Shown here piece after piece: positions 13,501 to 25,718 of a stretch of DNA of 64,000 bases. The translations under genes and the position numbers were made by a program. The stretch is from contig OY986947.1 in assembly GCA_963920595.1 (NCBI GenBank), positions 310,001-374,000 of the forward strand, written 5' to 3'. The notes under the pieces are model-generated. The model was not told the DNA's origin, ran no database searches, and saw only the letters and a list, made by a program, of their open reading frames with translations. The first letter of the stretch is position 1. Every line of letters begins with the position of its first letter. The DNA is from Eimeria praecox. Taxonomy: Eukaryota.

Positions 13501-16500
13501 CCTCGCGCGCACACCCACGCAAACACTCAACATCTAACATCCTTACACCCAGTGGCAAACGTTCCACAACACCAGCGCCGAAAACGGACGCAGACATTAA
13601 CCAACCGCTCTCTAGGCAGGCGATCGTGTGTACAACCTCTGACGGGAATTGCTATATCCAACCTAGAGTTTCTCCCACTGTTACAAAACTCAATTAGAAC
13701 AACGCACCAGCTGCACAAGCAGAACTGCCATGCAGTACAACCCCTGATGAGCACGATTCTTGCGTTCCTCACCGTGCCGCAGGTCAATGTTGTCATGCCT
13801 TCCCTCCCAAAGCAGTTACACACAGCACGCAGTGGAACCCATGATTCAAAACAGCTCATTGAGAGAGCCTAACCCTGTCCGCAATACCATACCCAATCGT
13901 CCAAATCGTCACGCATCTAGCGTTCCCACCTCAACACGCACTCCAACGCAAAAACGCAACATCCAACACCCTCACACCCAGTGGCAAACGTTCCGCAACT
14001 CCACCGCCGAAAACGAATGCAGATATTCACAAACCGCGCTCTAGGCAGTCGATCGTGTGTACAACCTCTGACGGGAATTGCCAATTCCATGCTAGAGTCT
14101 CTTCCACTGTTTCGATATTACAACCACAACCACGCACTCCCTGCACAGGGAAAACAGCTCGCGCAGTACAACCCCTGAGGAGCACGATTCTTGCGTTCCT
14201 CACCTTCCCGCCCGTCGGTGCTGTCATGCATCCGCTCCCACTCAACTCCACACAACAGGCAGTAAAGCAGTTACACACAGCAGGCAGTAAAACCCATGAT
14301 TCAAAACAGCTCACTGAGAGAGCCTAACCCTGTCCCCAATACCATACCCAGTCGTCCAAATCGTCATGCGTCTAGCGTTCCCACCTCAACACCTACAACT
14401 ACGCAAACAATCAACATCCAACACCCTCACAACCAGTGGCAAACGTTCCACAGCATCACCGCCGAAGAAGAATGCAGGCATACATTCACCAACCCCGCTA
14501 TAGACAGTTGATCGTATGTGCAACGTCTGACGGGAATTGCCGCCTCCAAGCTAGAGGCTCTTCCACTGTTTCGATACTACAATCACAACCACGCACTTTC
14601 TGCACAAGGAAAACAGCGCGCCCAGCACAACTCCTGATGAGCACGATTCTTGCGTTCCTCACCTTCCCGCCCGTTGGTGCTGTCACGCATCCGCTCCCAC
14701 CCAGCTCCACACAACAGGCAGTGGAACCCACGATTCAAAACAGCTCATCGGGAGAGCCTAACCCTGTCCCCAATACCATGGCCAATCGTCCAAGCCATCA
14801 TGCATCTGGCGCTCCCACGTCAACACGCACACTCAGGCAAACACTCAACATCCACCACTCGCTCACATCCAGTGGCAAACGTTGCTCAACACCAACGGCA
14901 AACAAGCACGCAGGCCGTCGCCCTTCGCGCTCTAGACAGTCGATCGTATGTGCAACGTCTGACGGGAAATGCAGCCTCCAATCTGGAATCTCCCCCAGTG
15001 TTTCGAAATAACAACCACATCCACGCACCAGCTGCACAAGGAGAGTAGCAAAGCACCACAACCCCTGATGAGCACGATTCTTGCGTTCCTCACCTTCCCT
15101 CTCGCCAGTGTTGTCATGCATCCGCACCCACGCAGCTCCTCACAACAGGCAGTGGAACCCATCATTCAAAACAGCTTATCGAGAGAGCCTAACCCTGTCT
15201 GCAATACCATACCCTATCGTCCAAATCATCATGCGTCTGGCGGTCCCACCTCAACACGCACACCCACGCAAACACGCAGCATCCAACAACCCCAGACGCA
15301 GTGGCAAACGTTCCACAACACCACCGCCGAAAAAGAACGCAGACATCCAGTAACCAGACCTTTACCAACCCCGCTCTAGACAGTCAATAGTGTGTACAAC
15401 CTCTGACGGGAGTTGCCGCCTCCACGCTAGAGTCTCTGCCACTGTTTCGAAATTACAACCACAGCCACGCACATGCTGTACAAGAGAAACAGCGCGCGCA
15501 GCACAACTCCTGATGAGCACGATTCTTGCGTTCCTCACCTTCCCGCCCGTCGGTGCTCTCATGCATCCGGCGCTCCCACCCAGCTCCACACAACAGGCAG
15601 TGGAATCCATGATTCAAAACAGCTCATTGAGAGAGCCTAACCCTGTCCGCAATACCATACCCAATCGTCCAAATCATCATGCATCTAGCGTTCCCACCTC
15701 AACACGCACACCCACGCAAACACTCAACATCCAACACCCTTCCACCCAGTGGTAAACGTTCCACAATACCACCGCCGAAAACGAACGCAGACATCCAGTA
15801 GCCCCGCTCTACACATTCAACGGTGTGAAGAACGTCTGACGGGAATTGCCGCCTCCAACCTGGAGTCTCTACCACTGCTTCGATATTACAACAACAACCA
15901 CGCACATGCTGCACAAGGAAAACAGCGGCGCACTACAACCCCTGGTGAGCACGATTCTTGCGTTCCTCGCCTTCCCGCCCGTCGGTGCTGTCATGTATCC
16001 GCTCCCACGCAGCTCCACACAACAGGCAGTGGAACCCATCCTTCAAAGCAGCTCATCGAGAGAGACCAACTGTGCCGCCAATACCATACCCAATCATCCA
16101 AATCATCATGCATTTAACGTTTTCACCTCAACACGCACACCCACGCAAACACTCAACATCCAACACCCTCACACCCAGTGGCAAACGTTCCACAACACCA
16201 CCGCCAAAAAAGAGCGCAGACCGTCGCCATCCGCGCTCTAGATAGTAGATCGTGTGTACAACGTCTGACGGGAATTGTCGCCTCCACGCTAGAGTCTCTT
16301 CCACTGTTTCGAGATAACAAGCATATCCACGCACATGCTGCACAAGAGAGCGAGCGGCGCAGTACAGCCTCTGACAAGCACAATTCTTGCGTTCCTCGCC
16401 TTCCCGCCCGTCGGTGCTCTCATGCATCCGCTCCCACGCAGCTCCAAACAACAGGCAGTGCAACAAATGATTCAAAACAGCTCATCGAGAGAGCATACCC

Positions 16501-18890
16501 CTGTCCGCAACGCCATATCCAATCGTCCAAAACGTCATGCATCTGGCGTTTCCACCTCGACACGCACACCCACGCAAACACTCAACATCCAACACCCTCA
16601 CATCCAGTGGCAAACGTTCCACAACACCAGCGCCCAAAAAGAGCGCAAACATTCACCGCCCGCCTTCTAGACAGTTGATCGTATGATCAACGTCTGGAAC
16701 GGCCACGCCCAGCCTACAGTCTCTTCCCCTGTTTCGATATTACAACCACGTCCACGCACCAGCTGCGCAAGGCAATAGAAGCCATACTTCAAAACAGCTC
16801 ATTGAGAAAGCCTAACCCTGTTCGCATTACCATAACCAATCGTCCAAATCATCGTGCATCTGGCGTTCCCACCTCAACACGCACACCCACGCAAGCAATT
16901 AGCATCCAACACCCCTCACACCCAGTGGCAAACGTTCCACAACACAAGCGCTGGAAACGAACGCAGGCATTAACCAACCACTCTCTAGAGCATCGACCGT
17001 TTGAACAACGTCTGGCGCGAAATGCCACCTCCAATCTGGAGTCTCTTCCACTGTTTCGATATTACAACCACAACCACGCACCTGCTGCACAAGTGGAGCA
17101 GCCACGCGTCACAACCCCTGATGAGCACGATTCTTGCGTTCCTCACCTTGCCGCCCCTCGTTGTGACCTTGCCTGCGCTCCCACCCAGCTCCAAGCATCC
17201 GGCAGTGAAACCCATCATTCAAAACAGCTCATTGAGAGAGCCTAAACCTGTCCCCAATACCATACCCAATTGTTCAAGTCATCCTGCATCTAGCGTTCCC
17301 ACCACAACACGCACACCAATGCAAGCAATTAGCATCCAAAACCCCTCACACCCAGTGGCAAACGTTCCAGAAAACCAGCGCCGAAAAAGAAAGCAGGCAT
17401 CCACCAACCGCTCTCTAGAGCATCAACCGTTTGAACAACGTCTGGCGCGAAATGTCGCCTCCAATCTGGAGTCTCTTCCACTGTTTCGATACTACAACAA
17501 CAACTACGCACATCCTGCCGAAGGCGAGACGCCACGCGTCACAACCCATGTTCGGGACGATTCTTGCGTTCATCACCTCGCCGCCCCTCGGTGTTACCAT
17601 GCATCCGCTCCCGCGCAGCTCCAAGCATCAGGCAGTGAAACCGTTGCCTAAAAACAGCTTATCGAGAGAGCCTAAGCCTGTCCGCAATACCATACCCAAT
17701 CGTCCAAATCATCATGTATCTAGCGCTCACATCTCAACACGCACACCCACGCAAACACTCAACATCCAACACCCTTACACCCAGTGGCAAACGTTCCACA
17801 ACGCCAGTGCCCAGAAAAAAGGCGGGCCTCAACCGACCGCGCTCTAGACAGTCAATCGTGTGAACACCGTCTGGCATGAACTGCCACTTCCAACCTGGGG
17901 TCTCTTCCACTGTTCTCAAATTGCAACCACATCCACGCACGTCCTGCACAAGGAGACCCGCGGCGCAGTTCAACCCCTGATGAGGACGATTCTTGCATTC
18001 CTCACCCTCCCGCCCGTCGGTGCTGTCATGAATCCGCTCCCACCCACCTCCACACAACAGGCACTAGAACCCATGATTCAAACGAGCACATCGAGAGAGC
18101 CTAAGCCTGTCCCCAATACCATACCCAATCGTTCAAATCATCATGCATTTAGCGCCTCCACCTCGGCACGCACACCCACGCAAACACTCAACATCCAACA
18201 CCCTCACACCCAGTGGCAAACGTTCCACAACACAAGCGCCGAAAAAGGACGGAGACATTCACCAACCGCGTTCTAGCCACGCGGTCGTGTTGACAACGTC
18301 TGACGGGAATTGCCGCCTCCAACCTGGAGTCTCTCCCAGTGTTTCGAAATAACAACTACATTCACGCACAACTGGAAAAGGGAGAAGAGCCACGCGCCAC
18401 AACCCCTGATGAGGATGATTCTTGCGTTCCTCACCTTGCCGCCCCTCGGTGTTACCATGCATGCGCTCCCACCCAGCTCCAAGCATCAGGCAGTGAAACC
18501 CATACTTCAAAGCAGCGCATCGAGAGAGCCTAACCCTGTCCGCAATACCATACCCAACCGTCCAAATCATCATCCATTTAGCTTCCCCACCTCAACACGC
18601 ACACCCACGGAAACACTCAACATCCAACACCCCTCAGGCCTAGTAGCAAACGTTCCACAACGCCAGCGCCGAAAAAGAACGCAGGCATTCACCAACCGCT
18701 CTCTAGAAAGTCGACCGTATGAACAATGTTTTGCGCGAAATGCCGCCTCCAATCTAGAGTCTCTTCCACTGTTTCCATAATACAACCACAACTACGCACG
18801 TCCTGCAGAAGGGGAGCAGCCTCGCATCACAACCCATGATGAGAGCGATTTTTGCGTTCCTCACCTTGCCGCCCCTCGGTATTACCATGC

Positions 18891-20020
18891 TAGACAGTAG
18901 ATCGTGTGAACAACGTCTGGAACTGCCACGTCCAGCCTGGCGTCTCTTCCACTGTTCCGCAATTACAAGCATGTCAACGCACCGGCTGCACAAGGGAAAC
19001 AGCGGCGCAACACAGCCCATGATAAGCACGATTCTTGCCTTTTTGTTCATCCCGCTCGTCGGTACTGTCATGCGCCCGCTCCCACGCAGCTCCACACAAC
19101 AGGCAGTGGACCCATGCTTCAAAACGGCTTACCGACAGGGCCTAACCGTGTCCCCAATGCCACACCCAATCGTCCAAATCATCATACATATGGCGTTTCT
19201 AACTCAACACGCCCGCAAACGCAAACACTCAACATCCAACACTCTCCCACTCAGTGGCAAACCTCCCACAACACCAGTGCCGAAAAAGAACCCACACCGT
19301 CACCAGCCGGCCCCTGGCGAGCTGATCGTGTGTGCCGCATCTAATGCAACTGGCCCGCGCCTCTACGCTTGAGGCTCTTAGAGTGTTTCGATATTAAAAC
19401 CACATCCACCCACGTTCTGCTGCACAAGGGAAACAGCGGCGCAACACAGACCATGATGAGCACGATCTTTGCCTTTTTGACCATCCCGCTCAACAGTGTT
19501 TTCATGCATCCGCTGCCAAGCAGCTCCACACAACAGGCAGTGGACCCATGCTTCAAAACGGCTTACCGGCAGGGCCTAACCGTGTCCCCAATACCACACC
19601 CAATCATCCAAATCATCATACATCTTGCGTTTCTACCTCAACACGCTCGCACACGCAAACACTTAACATCCAACACCCTCCAACGCAGTGGCAAACCTCC
19701 CACAACACCAGTGCGGAAACGGACCCAGATCGTACCCAGCCGCGCTCCAGCCAGCCGATCGTTTGTGCCGCAACGTGTCACGGAATTGGCGCGTGCCTCC
19801 ACCCTGCACTCTCTTCCAGTGTTTCGAAATTAAAACCACATCCACCCACGTTCTGCTGCACAAGGGAAATGAGCGGCGCACCACAACCCCCCGGATGAGC
19901 ACGATTCTTGCCTTTTTGACCATCCCGCTCGGCAGTGTTTTCATGCATCCGCTTCCACCCAGCTCCACACAACAGGCAGTGGACCCATGCTTCAAAACGG
20001 CTTATCGGCAGGGCCTAACC
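18891..20020. repeat. Distinct, strongly diverged monomer subfamily (~3 units) next to the junction
   Basis: Private motif ggacccatgcttcaaaacggctta..g.cagggcctaacc at ~19108, ~19542 and 19981, plus ttgcctttttg in each unit. Confidence 0.85.
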
Positions 20021-20346
20021 AGTGGCAGACACGCCACAACACCACCGCCGAAAAAGAATGCAGACATACATTCACCAACCCCGCTCTAGACAGTTGATCG
20101 TATGTGCAACGTCTGACGGGAATTGCCGCCTCCAAGCTAGAGGCTCTTCCACTGTTTCGATACTACAATCACAACCACGTACCTCCTGCACAAGAAAAAA
20201 CACCGCGCGCAGCACAACTCCCTGATGAGCACGATTCTTGCATTCCTCACCTTGCCGCCCGTCGGTGCTGTCATGAATCCGCTCCCGCCCAGCTCCACAC
20301 AACAGGCAGTAAAACCCATGATTCACAAAGCGGCTCATTGAGACAG

Positions 20347-20355
20347 CCTAACCCT
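20347..20355 (+). other. Telomere-like CCTAACCCT motif, one per monomer (example copy)
   Basis: Matches 1.5 units of the (CCCTAA)n C-strand. It is present in nearly all monomers but never forms a tandem tract, and function is unsupported. Confidence 0.3.
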
Positions 20356-21336
20356 GTCCGCAATACCATACCCAATCGTCCAAATCATCATGCATCTAGC
20401 GTTCCCACCTCAACACGCACACCCGCGGAAACGCTCAACTTCCAACACCCTCACACCCAGTGGCAAACGTGCCACAACACCACCGCCGAAAAAGAATGCA
20501 GACATACATTCACCAACCCCGCTCTAGACAGTTGATCGTATGTGCAACGTCTGACGGGAATTGCCGCCTCCAAGCTAGAGGCTCTTCCACTGTTTCGATA
20601 CTACAATCACACCCACGTACCTGCTGCACAAGAAAAAACAACGCGCGCAGCACAACTCCCTGATAAGCACGATTCTTGCATTCCTCACCTTCCCGCCCGT
20701 CGGTGCTGTCATGAATCCGCTCCCACCCACCTCCACACAACAGGCAGTAAAACCCATGATTCACAAACCAGCTCATTGAGAGAGCCTAACCCTGTCCGCA
20801 ATACCATACCCAATCGTCCAAATCGTCATGCATCTAGCGTACCCACCCCAACACGCACACCCGCGGGAACGCTCAACTTGCAACACCCTCACACCCAGTG
20901 GCAAACGTGCCACAACACCACCGCCGAAAAAGAATGCAGACATACATTCACCAACCCCGCTCTAGACAGTTGATCGTATGTGCAACGTCTGACGGGAATT
21001 GCCGCCTCCAAGCTAGAGGCTCTTCCACTGTTTCGATACTACAATCACAACTACGTACCTGCTGCACAAGAAAAAACACCGCGCGCAGCACAACTCCCTG
21101 ATGAGCACGATTCTTGCATTCCTCACCTTGCCGCCCGTTGGTGCTGTCATGAATCCGCTCCCACCCACCTCCACACAACAGGCAGTGGAAACCCATGATT
21201 CACAAACCAGCTCATTGAGAGAGCCTAACCCTGTCCGCAATACCATACCCAATCGTCCAAATCGTCATGCATCTAGCGTTCCCACCTCAACACGCAAACC
21301 CGCGGGAACGCTCAACTTGCAGCACCCTCACAACCA

Positions 21337-24300
21337 GTGGCAAACGTGCCACAACACCACCGCCGAAAAAGAATGCAGACATACATTCACCAACCCCGCT
21401 CTAGACAGTTGATCGTATGTGCAACGTCTGACGGGAATTGCCGCCTCCAAGCTAGAGGCTCTTCCACTGTTTCGATACTACAATCACAACTACGTACCTG
21501 CTGCACAAGAAAAAACAACGCGCGCAGCACAACTCCCTGATGAGCACGATTCTTGCATTCCTCACCTTGCCGCCCGTCGGTGCTGTCATGAATCCGCTCC
21601 CGCCCACCTCCACACAACAGGCAGTAAAACCCATGATTCACAAAGCGGCTCATTGAGACAGCCTAACCCTGTCCGCAATACCATGCCCAATCGTCCAAAT
21701 CGTCATGCATCTAGCGTTCCCACCTCAACACGCACACCCGCGGAAACGCTCAACTTCCAACACCCTCACACCCAGTGGCAAACGTGCCACAACACCACCG
21801 CCGAAAAAGAATGCAGACATACATTCACCAACCCCGCTCTAGACAGTTGATCGTATGTGCAACGTCTGACGGGAATTGCCGCCTCCAAGCTAGAGGCTCT
21901 TCCACTGTTTCGATACTACAATCACACCCACGTACCTGCTGCACAAGAAAAAACAACGCGCGCAGCACAACTCCCTGATAAGCACGATTCTTGCATTCCT
22001 CACCTTCCCGCCCGTCGGTGCTGTCATGAATCCGCTCCCACCCACCTCCACACAACAGGCAGTAAAACCCATGATTCACAAACCAGCTCATTGAGAGAGC
22101 CTAACCCTCTCCGCAATACCATACCCAATCGTCCAAATCGTCATGCATCTAGCGTACCCACCCCAACACGCACACCCGCGGGAACGCTCAACTTGCAGCA
22201 CCCTCACAAACCAGTGGCAAACGTGCCACAACACCACCGCCGAAAAAGAATGCAGACATACATTCACCAACCCCGCTCTAGACAGTTGATCGTATGTGCA
22301 ACGTCTGACGGGAATTGCCGCCTCCAAGCTAGAGGCTCTTCCACTGTTTCGATACTACAATCACAACTACGTACCTGCTGCACAAGAAAAAACACCGCGC
22401 GCAGCACAACTCCCTGATGAGCACGATTCTTGCATTCCTCACCTTGCCGCCCGTCGGTGCTGTCATGAATCCGCTCCCGCCCAGCTCCACACAACAGGCA
22501 GTAAAACCCATGATTCACAAAGCGGCTCATTGAGACAGCCTAACCCTGTCCGCAATACCATGCCCAATCGTCCAAATCATCATGCATCTAGCGTTCCCAC
22601 CTCAACACGCACACCCGCGGAAACGCTCAACTTCCAACACCCTCACACCCAGTGGCAAACGTGCCACAACACCACCGCCGAAAAAGAATGCAGACATACA
22701 TTCACCAACCCCGCTCTAGACAGTTGATCGTATGTGCAACGTCTGACGGGAATTGCCGCCTCCAAGCTAGAGGCTCTTCCACTGTTTCGATACTACAATC
22801 ACACCCACGTACCTGCTGCACAAGAAAAAACACCGCGCGCAGCACAACTCCCTGATGAGCACGATTCTTGCATTCCTCACCTTGCCGCCCGTCGGTGCTG
22901 TCATGAATCCGCTCCCGCCCAGCTCCACACAACAGGCAGTAAAACCCATGATTCACAAAGCGGCTCATTGAGACAGCCTAACCCTGTCCGCAATACCATG
23001 CCCAATCGTCCAAATCATCATGCATCTAGCGTTCCCACCTCAACACGCACACCCGCGGAAACGCTCAGCACGCAACACCCTCACACCCAGTGGCAAACGT
23101 GCCACAACACCACCGCCGAAAAAGAATGCAGACATACATTCACCAACCCCGCTCTAGACAGTTGATCGTATGTGCAACGTCTGACGGGAATTGCCGCCTC
23201 CAAGCTAGAGGCTCTTCCACTGTTTCGATACTACAATCACACCCACGTACCTGCTGCACAAGAAAAAGCAACGCGCGCAGCACAACTCCCTGATAAGCAC
23301 GATTCTTGCATTCCTCACCTTGCCGCCCGTCGGTGCTGTCATGAATCCGCTCCCGCCCAGCTCCACACAACAGGCAGTAAAACCCATGATTCACAAAGCG
23401 GCTCATTGAGAGAGCCTAACCCTGTCCGCAATACCATACCCAATCGTCCAAATCATCATGCATCTAGCGTTCCCACCTCAACACGCACACCCGCGGAAAC
23501 GCTCAACTTCCAACACCCTCACACCCAGTGGCAAACGTGCCACAACACCACCGCCGAAAAAGAATGCAGACATACATTCACCAACCCCGCTCTAGACAGT
23601 TGATCGTATGTGCAACGTCTGACGGGAATTGCCGCCTCCAAGCTAGAGGCTCTTCCACTGTTTCGATACTACAATCACAACTACGTACCTGCTGCACAAG
23701 AAAAAACAACGCGCGCAGCACAACTCCCTGATGAGCACGATTCTTGCATTCCTCACCTTGCCGCCCGTCGGTGCTGTCATGAATCCGCTCCCGCCCACCT
23801 CCACACAACAGGCAGTAAAACCCATGATTCACAAAGCGGCTCATTGAGACAGCCTAACCCTGTCCGCAATACCATGCCCAATCGTCCAAATCGTCATGCA
23901 TCTAGCGTTCCCACCTCAACACGCACACCCGCGGAAACGCTCAACTTCCAACACCCTCACACCCAGTGGCAAACGTGCCACAACACCACCGCCGAAAAAG
24001 AATGCAGACATACATTCACCAACCCCGCTCTAGACAGTTGATCGTATGTGCAACGTCTGACGGGAATTGCCGCCTCCAAGCTAGAGGCTCTTCCACTGTT
24101 TCGATACTACAATCACACCCACGTACCTGCTGCACAAGAAAAAACAACGCGCGCAGCACAACTCCCTGATAAGCACGATTCTTGCATTCCTCACCTTCCC
24201 GCCCGTCGGTGCTGTCATGAATCCGCTCCCACCCACCTCCACACAACAGGCAGTAAAACCCATGATTCACAAACCAGCTCATTGAGAGAGCCTAACCCTC

Positions 24301-25718
24301 TCCGCAATACCATACCCAATCGTCCAAATCGTCATGCATCTAGCGTACCCACCCCAACACGCACACCCGCGGGAACGCTCAACTTGCAGCACCCTCACAA
24401 ACCAGTGGCAAACGTGCCACAACACCACCGCCGAAAAAGAATGCAGACATACATTCACCAACCCCGCTCTAGACAGTTGATCGTATGTGCAACGTCTGAC
24501 GGGAATTGCCGCCTCCAAGCTAGAGGCTCTTCCACTGTTTCGATACTACAATCACAACTACGTACCTGCTGCACAAGAAAAAACACCGCGCGCAGCACAA
24601 CTCCCTGATGAGCACGATTCTTGCATTCCTCACCTTGCCGCCCGTCGGTGCTGTCATGAATCCGCTCCCGCCCAGCTCCACACAACAGGCAGTAAAACCC
24701 ATGATTCACAAAGCGGCTCATTGAGACAGCCTAACCCTGTCCGCAATACCATGCCCAATCGTCCAAATCATCATGCATCTAGCGTTCCCACCTCAACACG
24801 CACACCCGCGGAAACGCTCAACTTCCAACACCCTCACACCCAGTGGCAAACGTGCCACAACACCACCGCCGAAAAAGAATGCAGACATACATTCACCAAC
24901 CCCGCTCTAGACAGTTGATCGTATGTGCAACGTCTGACGGGAATTGCCGCCTCCAAGCTAGAGGCTCTTCCACTGTTTCGATACTACAATCACACCCACG
25001 TACCTGCTGCACAAGAAAAAACACCGCGCGCAGCACAACTCCCTGATGAGCACGATTCTTGCATTCCTCACCTTGCCGCCCGTCGGTGCTGTCATGAATC
25101 CGCTCCCGCCCAGCTCCACACAACAGGCAGTAAAACCCATGATTCACAAAGCGGCTCATTGAGACAGCCTAACCCTGTCCGCAATACCATGCCCAATCGT
25201 CCAAATCATCATGCATCTAGCGTTCCCACCTCAACACGCACACCCGCGGAAACGCTCAGCACGCAACACCCTCACACCCAGTGGCAAACGTGCCACAACA
25301 CCACCGCCGAAAAAGAATGCAGACATACATTCACCAACCCCGCTCTAGACAGTTGATCGTATGTGCAACGTCTGACGGGAATTGCCGCCTCCAAGCTAGA
25401 GGCTCTTCCACTGTTTCGATACTACAATCACACCCACGTACCTGCTGCACAAGAAAAAGCAACGCGCGCAGCACAACTCCCTGATAAGCACGATTCTTGC
25501 ATTCCTCACCTTGCCGCCCGTCGGTGCTGTCATGAATCCGCTCCCGCCCAGCTCCACACAACAGGCAGTGGAACCCATGATTCACAAAGCGGCTCATTGA
25601 GAGAGCCTAACCCTGTCCGCAATACCATACCCAATCGTCCAAATCATCATGCATCTAGCGTTCCCACCTCAACACGCACACCCGCGGAAACGCTCAACTT
25701 CCAACACCCTCACACCCA
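21337..25718. repeat. 5-monomer HOR, 2191 bp x2
   Basis: Matching ORF variants at 21419/23610, 21857/24048, 22296/24487, 22734/24925 and 23172/25363. Both copies carry the +1 A (ctcacaaaccag) and the ctcagcacgc variant. Confidence 0.92.

Larger units (their letters stand above)
1..20020. repeat. Diverged (old) satellite domain, ~430-bp monomers with many substitutions and indels
   Basis: gcctaaccct at 31 and 461 (430 bp apart). Neighbouring monomers differ at many sites, several units are truncated, and the ORF pattern is irregular. Confidence 0.95.

Noticed and set aside
20221..20250. CTGATGAG as a hammerhead ribozyme core (as in newt, schistosome and cricket satellites and retrozymes)
   Set aside because: A short gca/tgc stem follows, but the required GAAA does not (attcc or gttcc instead), and I found no stem I/III with an NUH site. 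Many core copies read ctgataag, which breaks the CUGANGA motif. An Infernal search would settle it.
20221..20400. Box C/D snoRNA (TGATGA on + strand, ATGATGA on - strand)
   Set aside because: Both motifs are polymorphic among monomers (tgataa, tcgtcat), and I see no suitably placed D box with a terminal stem.
20583..20610. CENP-B box
   Set aside because: TTCG is present, but the TTCGnnnnAnnCGGG spacing is not matched.
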